Positions 9,417 through 18,527 of a stretch of 64,000 nt of DNA are shown piece after piece (within the stretch, counting starts at the first letter, position 1; each line of letters starts with the position of its first letter). The position numbers and the translations under genes were made by a program. The notes under the pieces were generated by a model, which was not told the origin of the DNA, ran no database searches, and saw only the letters and a list, made by a program, of their open reading frames with translations. Origin of the DNA: Nitrospirota bacterium (GTDB lineage Bacteria > Nitrospirota > Thermodesulfovibrionia > Thermodesulfovibrionales > JdFR-86); NCBI GenBank assembly GCA_963721805.1, contig CAVRJY010000001.1, forward strand, positions 1,216,001 through 1,280,000, in the 5' to 3' direction.

Positions 9417-9827
9417 ATGAAGATGATCGCATACAGGGCGGGCATAAAGGTCGGGCAGGGGTCGTACTGGAACCCGGACGACGGTGCCTATATCACGTTC
9501 GATGAACCGGGCCGCATGCTGCCCGGGGACGAGCGGACGACGTATATAAAGATGACGTCGCTGCGCTCGATGGTGATCGCGCCGCTGTTCGGGATGATGT
9601 ACGTATTGTTTCTGCCGCTGTTCGGTGTCGCCGCGTTCGTCGTCACCGCGGCGGCGAGGGCGCTGTGCGCGGCCGGTTCGATCACGTCGTCGGGCCTCCG
9701 CGTCTGCGGCGTACTGGCGAGCATCAGCACGCGCCTGAACTGGCGGCCCTCGCAGGCCTATCTCTCCGGCGTGCGCAAACACAGGCGCTCAGGCGGGTGC
9801 GGATGCCCCGGCCCGCGCGGACGCTAA
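9417..9827 (+). CDS. small membrane protein, paralog 2
   Basis: YRAGxKVGxGxYWNPD shared with 9850 ORF; hydrophobic core; WRPSQAYL tail. Confidence 0.72.
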   Translation: MKMIAYRAGIKVGQGSYWNPDDGAYITFDEPGRMLPGDERTTYIKMTSLRSMVIAPLFGMMYVLFLPLFGVAAFVVTAAARALCAAGSITSSGLRVCGVLASISTRLNWRPSQAYLSGVRKHRRSGGCGCPGPRGR

Positions 9828-9849
9828 CAAGGTAATAAGGAGAACCGCG

Positions 9850-10254
9850 ATGTTTCTATACAGGGCAGGCACTACAGTCGGGAAGGGGACCTACTGGAAC
9901 CCGGATACGAAGCTGAGGCAGGTAGTCGAGGACGAGTGTGAGCTGACCGGCAGCGGATGGTATTTGAGATTTCCGGAGAGCTGGCTGCTTCTGCCGGTGA
10001 TCCCGCTCGGGCTTGCGCTCTCGGTGGCGCTCCCATATGGCCTGGGCGTGATGCTGTTTCTGGCGATGGCTGCGATCTATACGCTGATGTTCGAGACCAT
10101 AAGCGCGGTCGAGGAGGTCTTCGGCGCGCCGCTCAGGGCGCTGGGACGGGAGCTCGTGACATGGCTCACGTTCGGGATGAGGCCAACGGTCGCCACGCTT
10201 GACGGCACCGGCAGGACCAGGCGCGGCGGCAAGAAGAACCGTACGGACAAGTAA
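9850..10254 (+). CDS. small membrane protein, paralog 3
   Basis: AAGGAG SD; YRAGTTVGKGTYWNPD and LALSVALPYG motifs. Confidence 0.72.
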   Translation: MFLYRAGTTVGKGTYWNPDTKLRQVVEDECELTGSGWYLRFPESWLLLPVIPLGLALSVALPYGLGVMLFLAMAAIYTLMFETISAVEEVFGAPLRALGRELVTWLTFGMRPTVATLDGTGRTRRGGKKNRTDK

Positions 10255-10272
10255 GGGAAAAAGGAGGATGCA

Positions 10273-10662
10273 ATGCACACGCTTTTTGACTTCATCAGCC
10301 ACGTTAACGGCATGCAGTATGTAATCGCGCTCTGCTCGGTGGCGGGCTTCGCCCTGTTCGTCGAGCTCCTGAGCCCCAGGCCGTTTCTGGGACTGATCAG
10401 CGCGATCGCCGAGGACATAAGGCATATCAAGGCCGAGGGCTCGGTCAAGATCTACGCCCTCGCCCGAAACGGCGCTGTGGCCCTCGGGTGCGCCGCGATG
10501 TACGCGGCCTCGCTGCCGATACTGTTCGCTAGCGGTATGCTGGCGAACCTCGGAGAGACGTTCGAGGCCGTCAACCCCACCGGCTGGAACCCCGTACGGG
10601 CATACTTCGTAAAGCGCAGGAAGACGACGAAGACCGACAACAAGGACGAGGCCGGAAAATGA
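10273..10662 (+). CDS. small membrane protein, paralog 4 (distant)
   Basis: AGGAGG SD; two hydrophobic segments; GWNPVRAYF tail. Confidence 0.7.
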   Translation: MHTLFDFISHVNGMQYVIALCSVAGFALFVELLSPRPFLGLISAIAEDIRHIKAEGSVKIYALARNGAVALGCAAMYAASLPILFASGMLANLGETFEAVNPTGWNPVRAYFVKRRKTTKTDNKDEAGK

Positions 10663-11126
10663 TCCCGGTCAGGCGTCTCGTATGCAGGACCGCGCTGCGC
10701 GTCCTCACAGCACTGCTCCTCGCGTGTTGCGCCGGCGCGGTCGCACTCGCTGATACGGGCAATATAACGATGCCCGGCACTATCAATATAAAGGCGCTCG
10801 AAGACCGCTTCGGCCCCGTGGCCTTTGACCACGAGAAGCACGTGACGATGGCCGGGGCGTGCGGCAAGTGCCACCACCTTCATAACGACAAGACAGTGGA
10901 CGCCTGCAGGACCTGCCATTCGCTCAAGGCCGAGGACTTCAGGGCCACGGCCACGCAGGGCTTTCTTCGGTGCGAGGGCTGCCACTCGGACGCCTCGGCC
11001 GAGTCGCCCGGCATGCCGGGGCTAAAGGTTGCGTTCCACAAGGTCTGCTTCTCGTGCCACGTTGGGATGGCCGGGCTCGGCTCGACCCCAAAGTCGTGCG
11101 AGCGCACCTGCCACTCACGCAGATGA
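10659..11126 (+). CDS. cytochrome c3-like (class III) multiheme cytochrome
   Basis: Signal peptide, PVAFDHEKH, four CxxCH plus one CxxxCH, LKVAFH. Confidence 0.9.
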   Translation: MIPVRRLVCRTALRVLTALLLACCAGAVALADTGNITMPGTINIKALEDRFGPVAFDHEKHVTMAGACGKCHHLHNDKTVDACRTCHSLKAEDFRATATQGFLRCEGCHSDASAESPGMPGLKVAFHKVCFSCHVGMAGLGSTPKSCERTCHSRR

Positions 11127-11146
11127 TTAGCGATAAGGAGGGTGAA

Positions 11147-12106
11147 ATGTCTATAACAAATGAGGCCGCAGAAGGCGGCGCCCGCCCCAGCGGCATATCG
11201 AGGCGCGGTTTCCTCTCGCTCTCTGCCTTCGCGGCGGTCACAGCTATAGCAGGCAGCGCGCTTGCCTCGCCCGGCAACTCGGTGCCTGAGTTCAGCGGCT
11301 GGCCCAAGAGCTATGGCATGCTCACGGACTTCACCGCATGCGTCGGCTGCCGCAGTTGCGAGGCCGCCTGCAACGCGGCCAACAAGATGCCGAAGCCTGA
11401 TAAGCCCTTCGACGATCCGGCTGTCTTCGAGCAGGACCGCTGGCCCACGGCCTCGGCCCTTACGGTGGTAAACCGCTACAAGGGTGCGGACCCATCAAGG
11501 CCGGTATACAGAAAGATACAGTGCAACCACTGCCTCGAGCCCGCGTGCGCCTCGGCCTGCCCGATCCACGCTTACACCAAGACGCCCGAGGGCGCGGTCC
11601 TCTACAACCCGGACCTCTGCTTCGGCTGCCGGTACTGTGTCGTGGCCTGCCCGTTTAACATGCCTGCCTACGACTACGGCAGCGCGCTTCAGCCCAGGAT
11701 CGTAAAGTGCATCATGTGCCACCCCAAGATCGCGAAGGGCGAGGCCCCCGCGTGCGCCGCGGCCTGCCCCGCAGGCGCGATCACGTTCGGCCGCAGGGAA
11801 GAACTTATAAAGGTAGCGCACGAGAGGATCAAGAAGGACCCCGGCCGGTACATAGATCACGTCTATGGCGAGCACGAGGCAGGCGGCACGTCGTGGGTAT
11901 ACCTCTCGGGGGTGCCGTTTGAGCAGCTAGGGTTCCCGGTCAACCTCCCGGACAAGCCGATGATAGAGCTGTCGAAGGACTACCTCTCGTCCGTGCCGGT
12001 GATATTCACTACCTTCCCGGCGATATTCGGGCTCGTTTATTACGCGATGCGTGGTAAGGATAATAAGGACGAAAACGGCAAAGACAAGGAGACCCGCCAT
12101 GAATGA
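11147..12106 (+). CDS. Tat-exported 4Fe-4S dicluster protein (HybA/HmcB/NrfC family)
   Basis: SRRGFL Tat motif; CVGCRSC, CNHCLEPAC, CFGCRYC, CIMC...CAAAC; C-terminal helix; AAGGAGG SD before ATG 11147. Confidence 0.92.
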   Translation: MSITNEAAEGGARPSGISRRGFLSLSAFAAVTAIAGSALASPGNSVPEFSGWPKSYGMLTDFTACVGCRSCEAACNAANKMPKPDKPFDDPAVFEQDRWPTASALTVVNRYKGADPSRPVYRKIQCNHCLEPACASACPIHAYTKTPEGAVLYNPDLCFGCRYCVVACPFNMPAYDYGSALQPRIVKCIMCHPKIAKGEAPACAAACPAGAITFGRREELIKVAHERIKKDPGRYIDHVYGEHEAGGTSWVYLSGVPFEQLGFPVNLPDKPMIELSKDYLSSVPVIFTTFPAIFGLVYYAMRGKDNKDENGKDKETRHE

Positions 12107-13343
12107 CGATGCCCGCGCGGCCGCGCGTCCGATAAGTTTCAGGGAGTGGTTCATGGACAAGCTGTTTATGGGCCTGAGCGCGCAGGACTACGCCCGCAGG
12201 ATAGCGACCCCCTTTAACATGGTCGCGGTCACGATACTCCTGGTGGCCACACCGGTGTTCTTCAGCCGTTACGTTTACGGCCTGGGCTCAGTGATGGACG
12301 CAACGAGCGAGTACCCCTGGGGCGTGCTCTTAAGCTGGGGGATCTTCGCCGGCGAGCCGATGTTCGCGTCCGGTTTCGTAGTGGCGGCGGCCTACTACCT
12401 CTTCGGTATGAAGTCCTTCAGGCCCCTGGTGCGGCTCGCGGTGCTCGGCGGGATGCTCGGCTATGCGTTTGCGGCCTCGTACCTCCTGATAGACCTGGGC
12501 AGGCCGTGGCGCTTGTACTATCCGATGGTCATCAACTTCGGGCCGTCCTCGGTCCTGTTCATCGTGGCCTGGCACGTATCGCTTTATGTCACGGTGCAGC
12601 TCCTGGAGTTCTCGCCGGCCATACTCGAATGGCTGGGCTCCAAGCGCATCCATAAGTGGGCCGTAAACGCCACGGTCGCGCTCATCATCGGCGGCGTCAT
12701 ACTCTCTACCGTGCACCAGTCTGCGCTCGGCGCGATGTACCTGATGACGCCTGGCAAACTCCACCCGCTATGGTATTCGCCGCGCCTGCCGCTGCTGTTT
12801 TTCAGCTCGGCGGTCTACGGCGCGATGTGCTTTGCGATGCTCCTTGCGTTCATCGCGGTGCGGTATTATCCTTCGCGCTGCGACAGGGCGTTTACGGACA
12901 GCATCCCGAAGCTCACGCTGAGCCTCGCCAAGGGCGCGGCGCTTGCGATGTACGTCTATTTCTCGCTCAAGGTGCTGGCGCTTGCCGAGGACAACCGGTG
13001 GGAGCTGCTCCTGACCCCCTTCGGCCACTGGTATCTCGTCGAGCTGCTGTGGTTCGTCGTGACGCCGATGGTGATGATGAGCGTCGCGGTCAAGCGCGAA
13101 AGCATAGGGCTGGCGCGCTTTTCGGCGCTGGCGGCGGCCCTCGGGATACTGCTTAACAGACTGAACGTGAACCTTATAGCGTATAATTGGGACAGGCCCG
13201 GCCACATGCACAACATCATCCCGGCCTGGACCGAGATCGTTATGATTATGGCGATGGTCACGCTGCACGTGATGGCCTTCAGGTGGATCATGAACAGGTT
13301 CCCGGTGACGAACGAGCTGCCGGAATACAGGGATTCGCATTAG
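12099..13343 (+). CDS. NrfD/HybB/HmcC-family membrane subunit
   Basis: DLGRPWR, STVHQSALG, KLHPLWYS, LNRLNV; many TM helices; AAGGAG SD before ATG 12099. Confidence 0.92.
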   Translation: MNDDARAAARPISFREWFMDKLFMGLSAQDYARRIATPFNMVAVTILLVATPVFFSRYVYGLGSVMDATSEYPWGVLLSWGIFAGEPMFASGFVVAAAYYLFGMKSFRPLVRLAVLGGMLGYAFAASYLLIDLGRPWRLYYPMVINFGPSSVLFIVAWHVSLYVTVQLLEFSPAILEWLGSKRIHKWAVNATVALIIGGVILSTVHQSALGAMYLMTPGKLHPLWYSPRLPLLFFSSAVYGAMCFAMLLAFIAVRYYPSRCDRAFTDSIPKLTLSLAKGAALAMYVYFSLKVLALAEDNRWELLLTPFGHWYLVELLWFVVTPMVMMSVAVKRESIGLARFSALAAALGILLNRLNVNLIAYNWDRPGHMHNIIPAWTEIVMIMAMVTLHVMAFRWIMNRFPVTNELPEYRDSH

Positions 13344-13353
13344 GAGGCCCGGG

Positions 13354-14820
13354 ATGCCCTCCCGCCTGAGCATGAGGATCGCGGCCGGATCGGCGGCAGC
13401 CTTCGCCGCGGTAATCGTCGCTGTTGCCCTGTTTGCCGCGACCTGCTTCGCCGAGGACGTCAGAGCCGGGGACGAGCGCGCGGCCTGCCTGAAGTGCCAC
13501 GCGCAGGGCGGCGGGATCAAGCGGTTTCCGGACGGGAAATCCATATCGACGTACGTCGACGGCGTGGAGCTCGAACAGTCCGTGCACGGCGCTCTGCCTT
13601 GCACCGCCTGCCACAAGGACTTCGCCTCGGGCCGCCACCCGGACCGCGCCTTCAGGAACAAGCCTCAGTACCTCATCCGCGAATCGCACGGCTGCCGGGG
13701 CTGCCACTCGGACGCCGCGCTCAGGCGCAAGCAGGTCCACGAGGAGCTGTTTGCGAAGGAAGACGCGGGCGACGCCATTGTATGCACCAACTGCCACGGA
13801 GCGCACGCGATACGGCGCGCCAGCCACGCCTCGGACAAGGGCGAGGACGAGCGCTGCATGGGTTGCCACGAGGGCGGCGGGGCATCTGAGTTCTTAAACG
13901 GCGAACAGCTGCCGGTCCATGTCGACCTCGCTGTGATCGGCAGCTCCGCGCACCACGGCCTGCGGTGCATGGACTGCCATTACTGGATCACGGGGGAGCG
14001 CCACCCGCGCCGGAACTTCCGCTCGCTGAGGGACTACCAGCTCGCCACGGCCGAGATCTGCCGCCGCTGCCACTTCGACAAGTACTCAGAGGTCAGCGAG
14101 AGCATCCACTACGACATGCTCAGAAGCGGGAACCTGAAGGCCCCCACCTGCATCGACTGCCACGGCGGGCACTCGGCCACCTCGCCTGCCAGGGACCGCA
14201 TGGCCGTCGTGCGCAAGTGCCGCGCCTGCCACGGCGGGATATACGAGACATACGCTGCGAGCGTCCACGGCAGCGCCCTGATACAGGAGGGCAACCGCGA
14301 CGTCCCGATCTGCACCGACTGCCACTCCTCGCACAGCATCAAGCGCGCCGACACGAACGCCTTCCACCAGGGGATCCCGGACACGTGCAGCGCCTGCCAC
14401 TCCAACCCGGCCATCATGTCCAAGTACGGGCTCTCGACCGACGTGGTCAGGACCTATCTTGCGGATTTCCACGGCGTGACGATGGAGTTCTACCGCAAGC
14501 AGGGCGGGATGTCGCAGTACCGCCCGGCGCAGAGCATGGCCGTGTGCACCGACTGCCACGGCACGCACGACATCATGCGCATGTCCGGCTCCGACACGAA
14601 GGAGATCAAGGCGCGGCTGCTCGAGCGCTGCCGCAACTGCCACCACGACGCCACCGAGCAGTTCCCCGACGCCTGGCTCTCGCACTACCGGCCGAGCTTG
14701 AAGGTAGCCCCGATGGTGTTCATAGTCGAGAAGTTCTACGGCCTGATGATGCCGCTGATGGTCGTCGGGCTGATACTCCAGATACTGCTTCACATATGGC
14801 GCTACCTGGTCAGCCGGTAA
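13354..14820 (+). CDS. multiheme cytochrome c with 13 CxxCH motifs and C-terminal membrane helix
   Basis: 13 CxxCH counted; repeated SVHG segments; signal peptide; C-terminal ILLHIWR helix. Confidence 0.92.
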   Translation: MPSRLSMRIAAGSAAAFAAVIVAVALFAATCFAEDVRAGDERAACLKCHAQGGGIKRFPDGKSISTYVDGVELEQSVHGALPCTACHKDFASGRHPDRAFRNKPQYLIRESHGCRGCHSDAALRRKQVHEELFAKEDAGDAIVCTNCHGAHAIRRASHASDKGEDERCMGCHEGGGASEFLNGEQLPVHVDLAVIGSSAHHGLRCMDCHYWITGERHPRRNFRSLRDYQLATAEICRRCHFDKYSEVSESIHYDMLRSGNLKAPTCIDCHGGHSATSPARDRMAVVRKCRACHGGIYETYAASVHGSALIQEGNRDVPICTDCHSSHSIKRADTNAFHQGIPDTCSACHSNPAIMSKYGLSTDVVRTYLADFHGVTMEFYRKQGGMSQYRPAQSMAVCTDCHGTHDIMRMSGSDTKEIKARLLERCRNCHHDATEQFPDAWLSHYRPSLKVAPMVFIVEKFYGLMMPLMVVGLILQILLHIWRYLVSR

Positions 14821-14830
14821 GGAGGACACC

Positions 14831-15520
14831 ATGAAACCCGCGATACACGCCGATCAAGAGGAAGTCCGGAGGTTCAGCAACTACCGGATTGCGGAGCACT
14901 TCAGCCTTCTGGCGCTGTTCGTCATCCTCGCCTCGACCGGCCTGGCCCAGAAGTTCCACGAACTCCCGCTCGCGCAGAGCTTCATGGTCTTCATGGGCGG
15001 CATCAGTACCATGCGCGCCGTGCACCACGCCGCCGGGGTTGGGCTGCTGGTCCTCCTTCTCGAACACGTGCTCACGGCCTGCGCCGGGATGTCGTTCTGG
15101 CGCTGGTCGCCCTCCATGCTCGTCACGTTCAAGGACTTCAGGGACACGCAGCAGAACGTCAGCTATTACCTAGGCATACAGCCTGAGCCCCCCAGGTTCG
15201 GCAGGTACAGCTACAAGGAGAAGTTCGTCTACTGGCTGATCCTGCTGGGCAGCCTGCAGCTGATCGTCTCGGGCCTCGTGCTCTGGTTTCCGGTGGCGGT
15301 CGCTAAGGTCCTGCCGGGGCAGTTCATCCCGGCCTCGAAGGTCGTACACTCAAACGACGCGATGACGATATTCCTGATGATTGCGATATGGCATATTTAC
15401 GATTCCATATTCAGCCCCGACGTGCTGCCGCTTGACAAGAGCATCTTTACCGGATATATTTCGGTTAAGAGGATGCGGGCCGAGCACCCGCACGAGGCTG
15501 CAGGCGAAAGACAGGACTGA
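14831..15520 (+). CDS. cytochrome b subunit (FdnI/Cbc-type)
   Basis: RIAEH, VHHAAG, RYSYKEKFVYW, VHSNDA, WHIYDS. Confidence 0.88.
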   Translation: MKPAIHADQEEVRRFSNYRIAEHFSLLALFVILASTGLAQKFHELPLAQSFMVFMGGISTMRAVHHAAGVGLLVLLLEHVLTACAGMSFWRWSPSMLVTFKDFRDTQQNVSYYLGIQPEPPRFGRYSYKEKFVYWLILLGSLQLIVSGLVLWFPVAVAKVLPGQFIPASKVVHSNDAMTIFLMIAIWHIYDSIFSPDVLPLDKSIFTGYISVKRMRAEHPHEAAGERQD

Positions 15521-15616
15521 CAGGGCGGATGCGCCCGGACCTGCATGCCCCGGCCTCCGGCCCTCGCGGTATTTTTTGCTATACTGTTCAATGACGCGAC
15601 CGGTGCGGGGGAGACC

Positions 15617-17473
15617 ATGCAGCGCAAGATAGTTCTCCTTATAATGAGCTGCGTGCTGGTTATCCTCCTGACCGTGGGCATCGTAAGCCACCTCCGAGTC
15701 CAGGAAAGCATCAACCATTACATGGACTCCCACCTCGACCTGGCGCAGATGATCAGCCGCAACCTCGACGCCGTGGTCGAGCAAAACATAGCGAGGCTCC
15801 AGGGGATCGCGCTCTCGGGCGACCTCAGCCCCGGAGGGCCGGGCCTGGAGGCCGAGCGCAGCGCTCTTAGGGAGGCGTACGCTTATTCGCTCTTCGACCA
15901 CGGCCTGTTCCTGATGGACCTCCAGGGCAACGTCGTGCTCACTTACCCCCCGCGCGACGAAGAGCAGCGCAACCTTTTGGCCATTCCGATCGTCGCCGAC
16001 GCGATTGCGAAAAATGAGGTCTCCGTCTCCGGCATGTACACCGAGGCCGATACCGGCCAGAGCCTCTTGTACGTCCTCGTCCCGGTTAAGGGCGCAGACG
16101 GCGAGGTCGGCGGGTTCGTGGGTGGCGAGATCAGCCCCGCAAACGGGATGCTCGCCTCGTTCATACGCACCGTCGCTTCTGACAAATACATGAGCCTGGA
16201 TCTGGTGGACAGCCGCGGCACCGTGATAGCGAGCAACCGCGGCGACCGCGTCATGCAGCACCTCGACTATAAAAACGTCATCACCAAGATGATACACGAG
16301 GGCCGGAACTTCGTCGGCATCTGCCATAACTGCCATTTCTCGACGACCGAGGGCAACAGCCGGCTGCGGGAGGAGGACGTCCTCGTGTTCGTCCCGCTTA
16401 AAAGCGCGCCGTGGGGCATATCGATCCGCCACCCGAGCGAGATAGTCTTCGGCCCGGCCCGCAGCCTCAGGAAGTCTTTCCTGCTGATAGGGGCGCTCAT
16501 TATCGGCGTCTCGGTGGTGCTGTCCGTGGGGCTCAGCCGGAGCATTGTCCGGCCGCTCAAGGAACTGACCGCGGCGTCAGAGCGCATAGCGGAGTGCAAC
16601 CTCGACGAGCCTGTCACGGTCAGGCGCTCCGACGAGATAGGGGTGCTCGCAAACAGCTTCGAGCTCATGCGCTGGAGGCTCAACGAGCTCCTGGGCAGGA
16701 TACAGACGCATAACCAGGAACTCGAGCACCGCGTGGCCGAGCGCACCTCGGAGCTCCAGCGCAGGAAGCTCCAGCTCTCGCGGCTCGTGCGCGAGGGCAT
16801 GCGCGCACAGGAGGACGAGCGCAGGCGCATTGCGCGCGAGCTCCACGACGAGACCAGCCAGACGCTGGCCGCCATGGGTATGTCGCTTGAGATCGCGACC
16901 GTCGCGCTTGCCGACGAGAAGCTCACCCCCGAGATGCTCGCCGGTTTGCAGGGCCGCGTCGGAGTGCTCGTCGACGGGATACACCGCATCATACAGGACC
17001 TGCGCCCGCCGGTGCTCGACGACCTCGGGCTCGAATCCGCGGTGCGGTGGCTGTTGAGGAAGAACCTCGACGAAAACGGCATAGAGTACACGTTCAGCTT
17101 CAGCGGGATCGAGGACCTGGAGATCGAAAAGAAGGAGGAGATGCGCATCTTCCGCATAATACAGGAGGCCCTCGCCAACATAGTGCGCCACTCGCGCGCG
17201 TCTCACGTATGCTTCAGCATGGCGGCCGACGAATTCACGCTCGACATAGACATCGTGGATAACGGCGTAGGCTTCGACGCCGAGGGCGCATTCGGCGGCT
17301 CGAGGGCCGACGAGGGGCTCAAGGGCTACGGCCTGCTCGGGATGCACGAGCGCGTCGAGCAGTTTTCAGGCGCGTTTTCGGTCACCTCGTTCCCGCTTGA
17401 GGAGACCGATATCGAGATCAGCCTCCCGATGGAGTTGATAGTGAAGAAAGGGAGCGGGACCGATATTGCATAA
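15617..17473 (+). CDS. membrane sensor histidine kinase (HAMP, HisKA_3, HATPase) with extracytoplasmic CxxCH
   Basis: ERRRIARELHDE, LRPPVLDDLGL, QEALANIVRH, DNGVGF; CHNCH between the two TM helices. Confidence 0.93.
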   Translation: MQRKIVLLIMSCVLVILLTVGIVSHLRVQESINHYMDSHLDLAQMISRNLDAVVEQNIARLQGIALSGDLSPGGPGLEAERSALREAYAYSLFDHGLFLMDLQGNVVLTYPPRDEEQRNLLAIPIVADAIAKNEVSVSGMYTEADTGQSLLYVLVPVKGADGEVGGFVGGEISPANGMLASFIRTVASDKYMSLDLVDSRGTVIASNRGDRVMQHLDYKNVITKMIHEGRNFVGICHNCHFSTTEGNSRLREEDVLVFVPLKSAPWGISIRHPSEIVFGPARSLRKSFLLIGALIIGVSVVLSVGLSRSIVRPLKELTAASERIAECNLDEPVTVRRSDEIGVLANSFELMRWRLNELLGRIQTHNQELEHRVAERTSELQRRKLQLSRLVREGMRAQEDERRRIARELHDETSQTLAAMGMSLEIATVALADEKLTPEMLAGLQGRVGVLVDGIHRIIQDLRPPVLDDLGLESAVRWLLRKNLDENGIEYTFSFSGIEDLEIEKKEEMRIFRIIQEALANIVRHSRASHVCFSMAADEFTLDIDIVDNGVGFDAEGAFGGSRADEGLKGYGLLGMHERVEQFSGAFSVTSFPLEETDIEISLPMELIVKKGSGTDIA

Positions 17474-18125
17474 GCCGATCAAGATACTGATTGTCGACGA
17501 CCACGCGCTCGTGCGCGAGGGCATCCGCGCTTTGGTCGCGATGCACGAGGGCATCGAAGTAGTCGGCGAGGCCGAAGACGGCCTGCAAGCCATCGAGATG
17601 ACCGGCGACCTCGACCCCGACGTGGTGCTTATGGATATTGCGATGCCCAGGTACGGCGGCCTCGAGGCCACGCTCGAGATCAGGAAGAAGCACAAGGACG
17701 CCAAGATACTGATCCTCAGCCAGTACGACGACCCCCAGTACCTCGACCGCTTCCTCAAGGCCGGCGTCTCGGGGTATATCCTGAAGAAGGCCCTCGGCTC
17801 CGAGCTCGTCTCGGCCATCCGCGCGGTCGCGGCCGGGGAATCATACCTCCACCCGAGCCTGACCGCCAACGTGATAGAGCGCTACCTCTCGAAGGGCTCG
17901 CCCAAAAAGCCGGCAGAGCCCGTGAGCCTGACCTCACGCGAGCAGCAGATATTGAAGCTGCTGGCCGAGGGCAACAGCCACAAGGAGATAGCCTCGATAC
18001 TCGATATCAGCGTCAAGACCGTCGTCGCCCACCAGTCGAACATCTCCGAGAAGCTCGACCTGCATACGCGCGCCGGGCTCATAAAATACGCCTTCCAGCA
18101 CGGCATAGTCAGGGCCGAATCGTGA
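17466..18125 (+). CDS. NarL/LuxR-family response regulator
   Basis: VDDH, LMDIAMP, GYILK, LTSREQQILKLLAEG...SVKTV; TTG start overlapping the kinase stop. Confidence 0.93.
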   Translation: MHKPIKILIVDDHALVREGIRALVAMHEGIEVVGEAEDGLQAIEMTGDLDPDVVLMDIAMPRYGGLEATLEIRKKHKDAKILILSQYDDPQYLDRFLKAGVSGYILKKALGSELVSAIRAVAAGESYLHPSLTANVIERYLSKGSPKKPAEPVSLTSREQQILKLLAEGNSHKEIASILDISVKTVVAHQSNISEKLDLHTRAGLIKYAFQHGIVRAES

Positions 18126-18172
18126 GAGGCAGGATGCGTGGGGGCAAGGGTGTGAGAACCTCTTGAAACGAA

Positions 18173-18200
18173 AAGGGTTTGCGATCTCTCGCAAACCCTT
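18173..18200. terminator. probable bidirectional intrinsic terminator
   Basis: AAGGGTTTGCGA-TCTC-TCGCAAACCCTT perfect 12-bp stem between the convergent response regulator and tRNA. Confidence 0.75.
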
Positions 18201-18209
18201 GGTATTAAG

Positions 18210-18283
18210 TGCCCCCTGCAAGGCTCGAACTTGCGACCCCAGGTTTAGGAAACCTGTGCTCTGTCCAACTGAGCTAAGAGGGC
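18210..18283 (-). tRNA. tRNA-Arg(CCT), CCA not encoded
   Basis: Reverse complement GCCCTCTTAGCTCAGTTGGACAGAGCACAGGTTTCCTAAACCTGGGGTCGCAAGTTCGAGCCTTGCAGGGGGCA folds as a cloverleaf with anticodon CCT. Confidence 0.95.
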
Positions 18284-18527
18284 TCAGCAGATACTCTAAC
18301 ATGACGGCGTGAGCCCAGTCAAAACACCGCGATTCCCTCCTCGCCGCGCACTGATAACGCGCTTCAGCCACCCTGAAAATAATATTTCAAGCGATTGAAA
18401 ATAGGCTATTAACATTTTCCTTGCTTTATGAGATAATTATTAAATATTATAGTGCGAAAGCGCACTTAGCTAAGTTTTATGGCTTATTTACGCGGAATTA
18501 TTCACATAACGAACATGGAGGGTCAGT

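Noticed and set aside
18210..18283. tRNA-Arg as an island integration site, or as tRNA-Sec
   Set aside because: No integrase or duplicated tRNA 3' end seen; the anticodon is CCT and there is no long variable arm.
18370..18520. AT-rich hydrogenase upstream region with short palindromes (AGTGCG-AAAG-CGCACT 18451-18466)
   Set aside because: Probably regulatory, but I cannot assign a factor or riboswitch from sequence alone.
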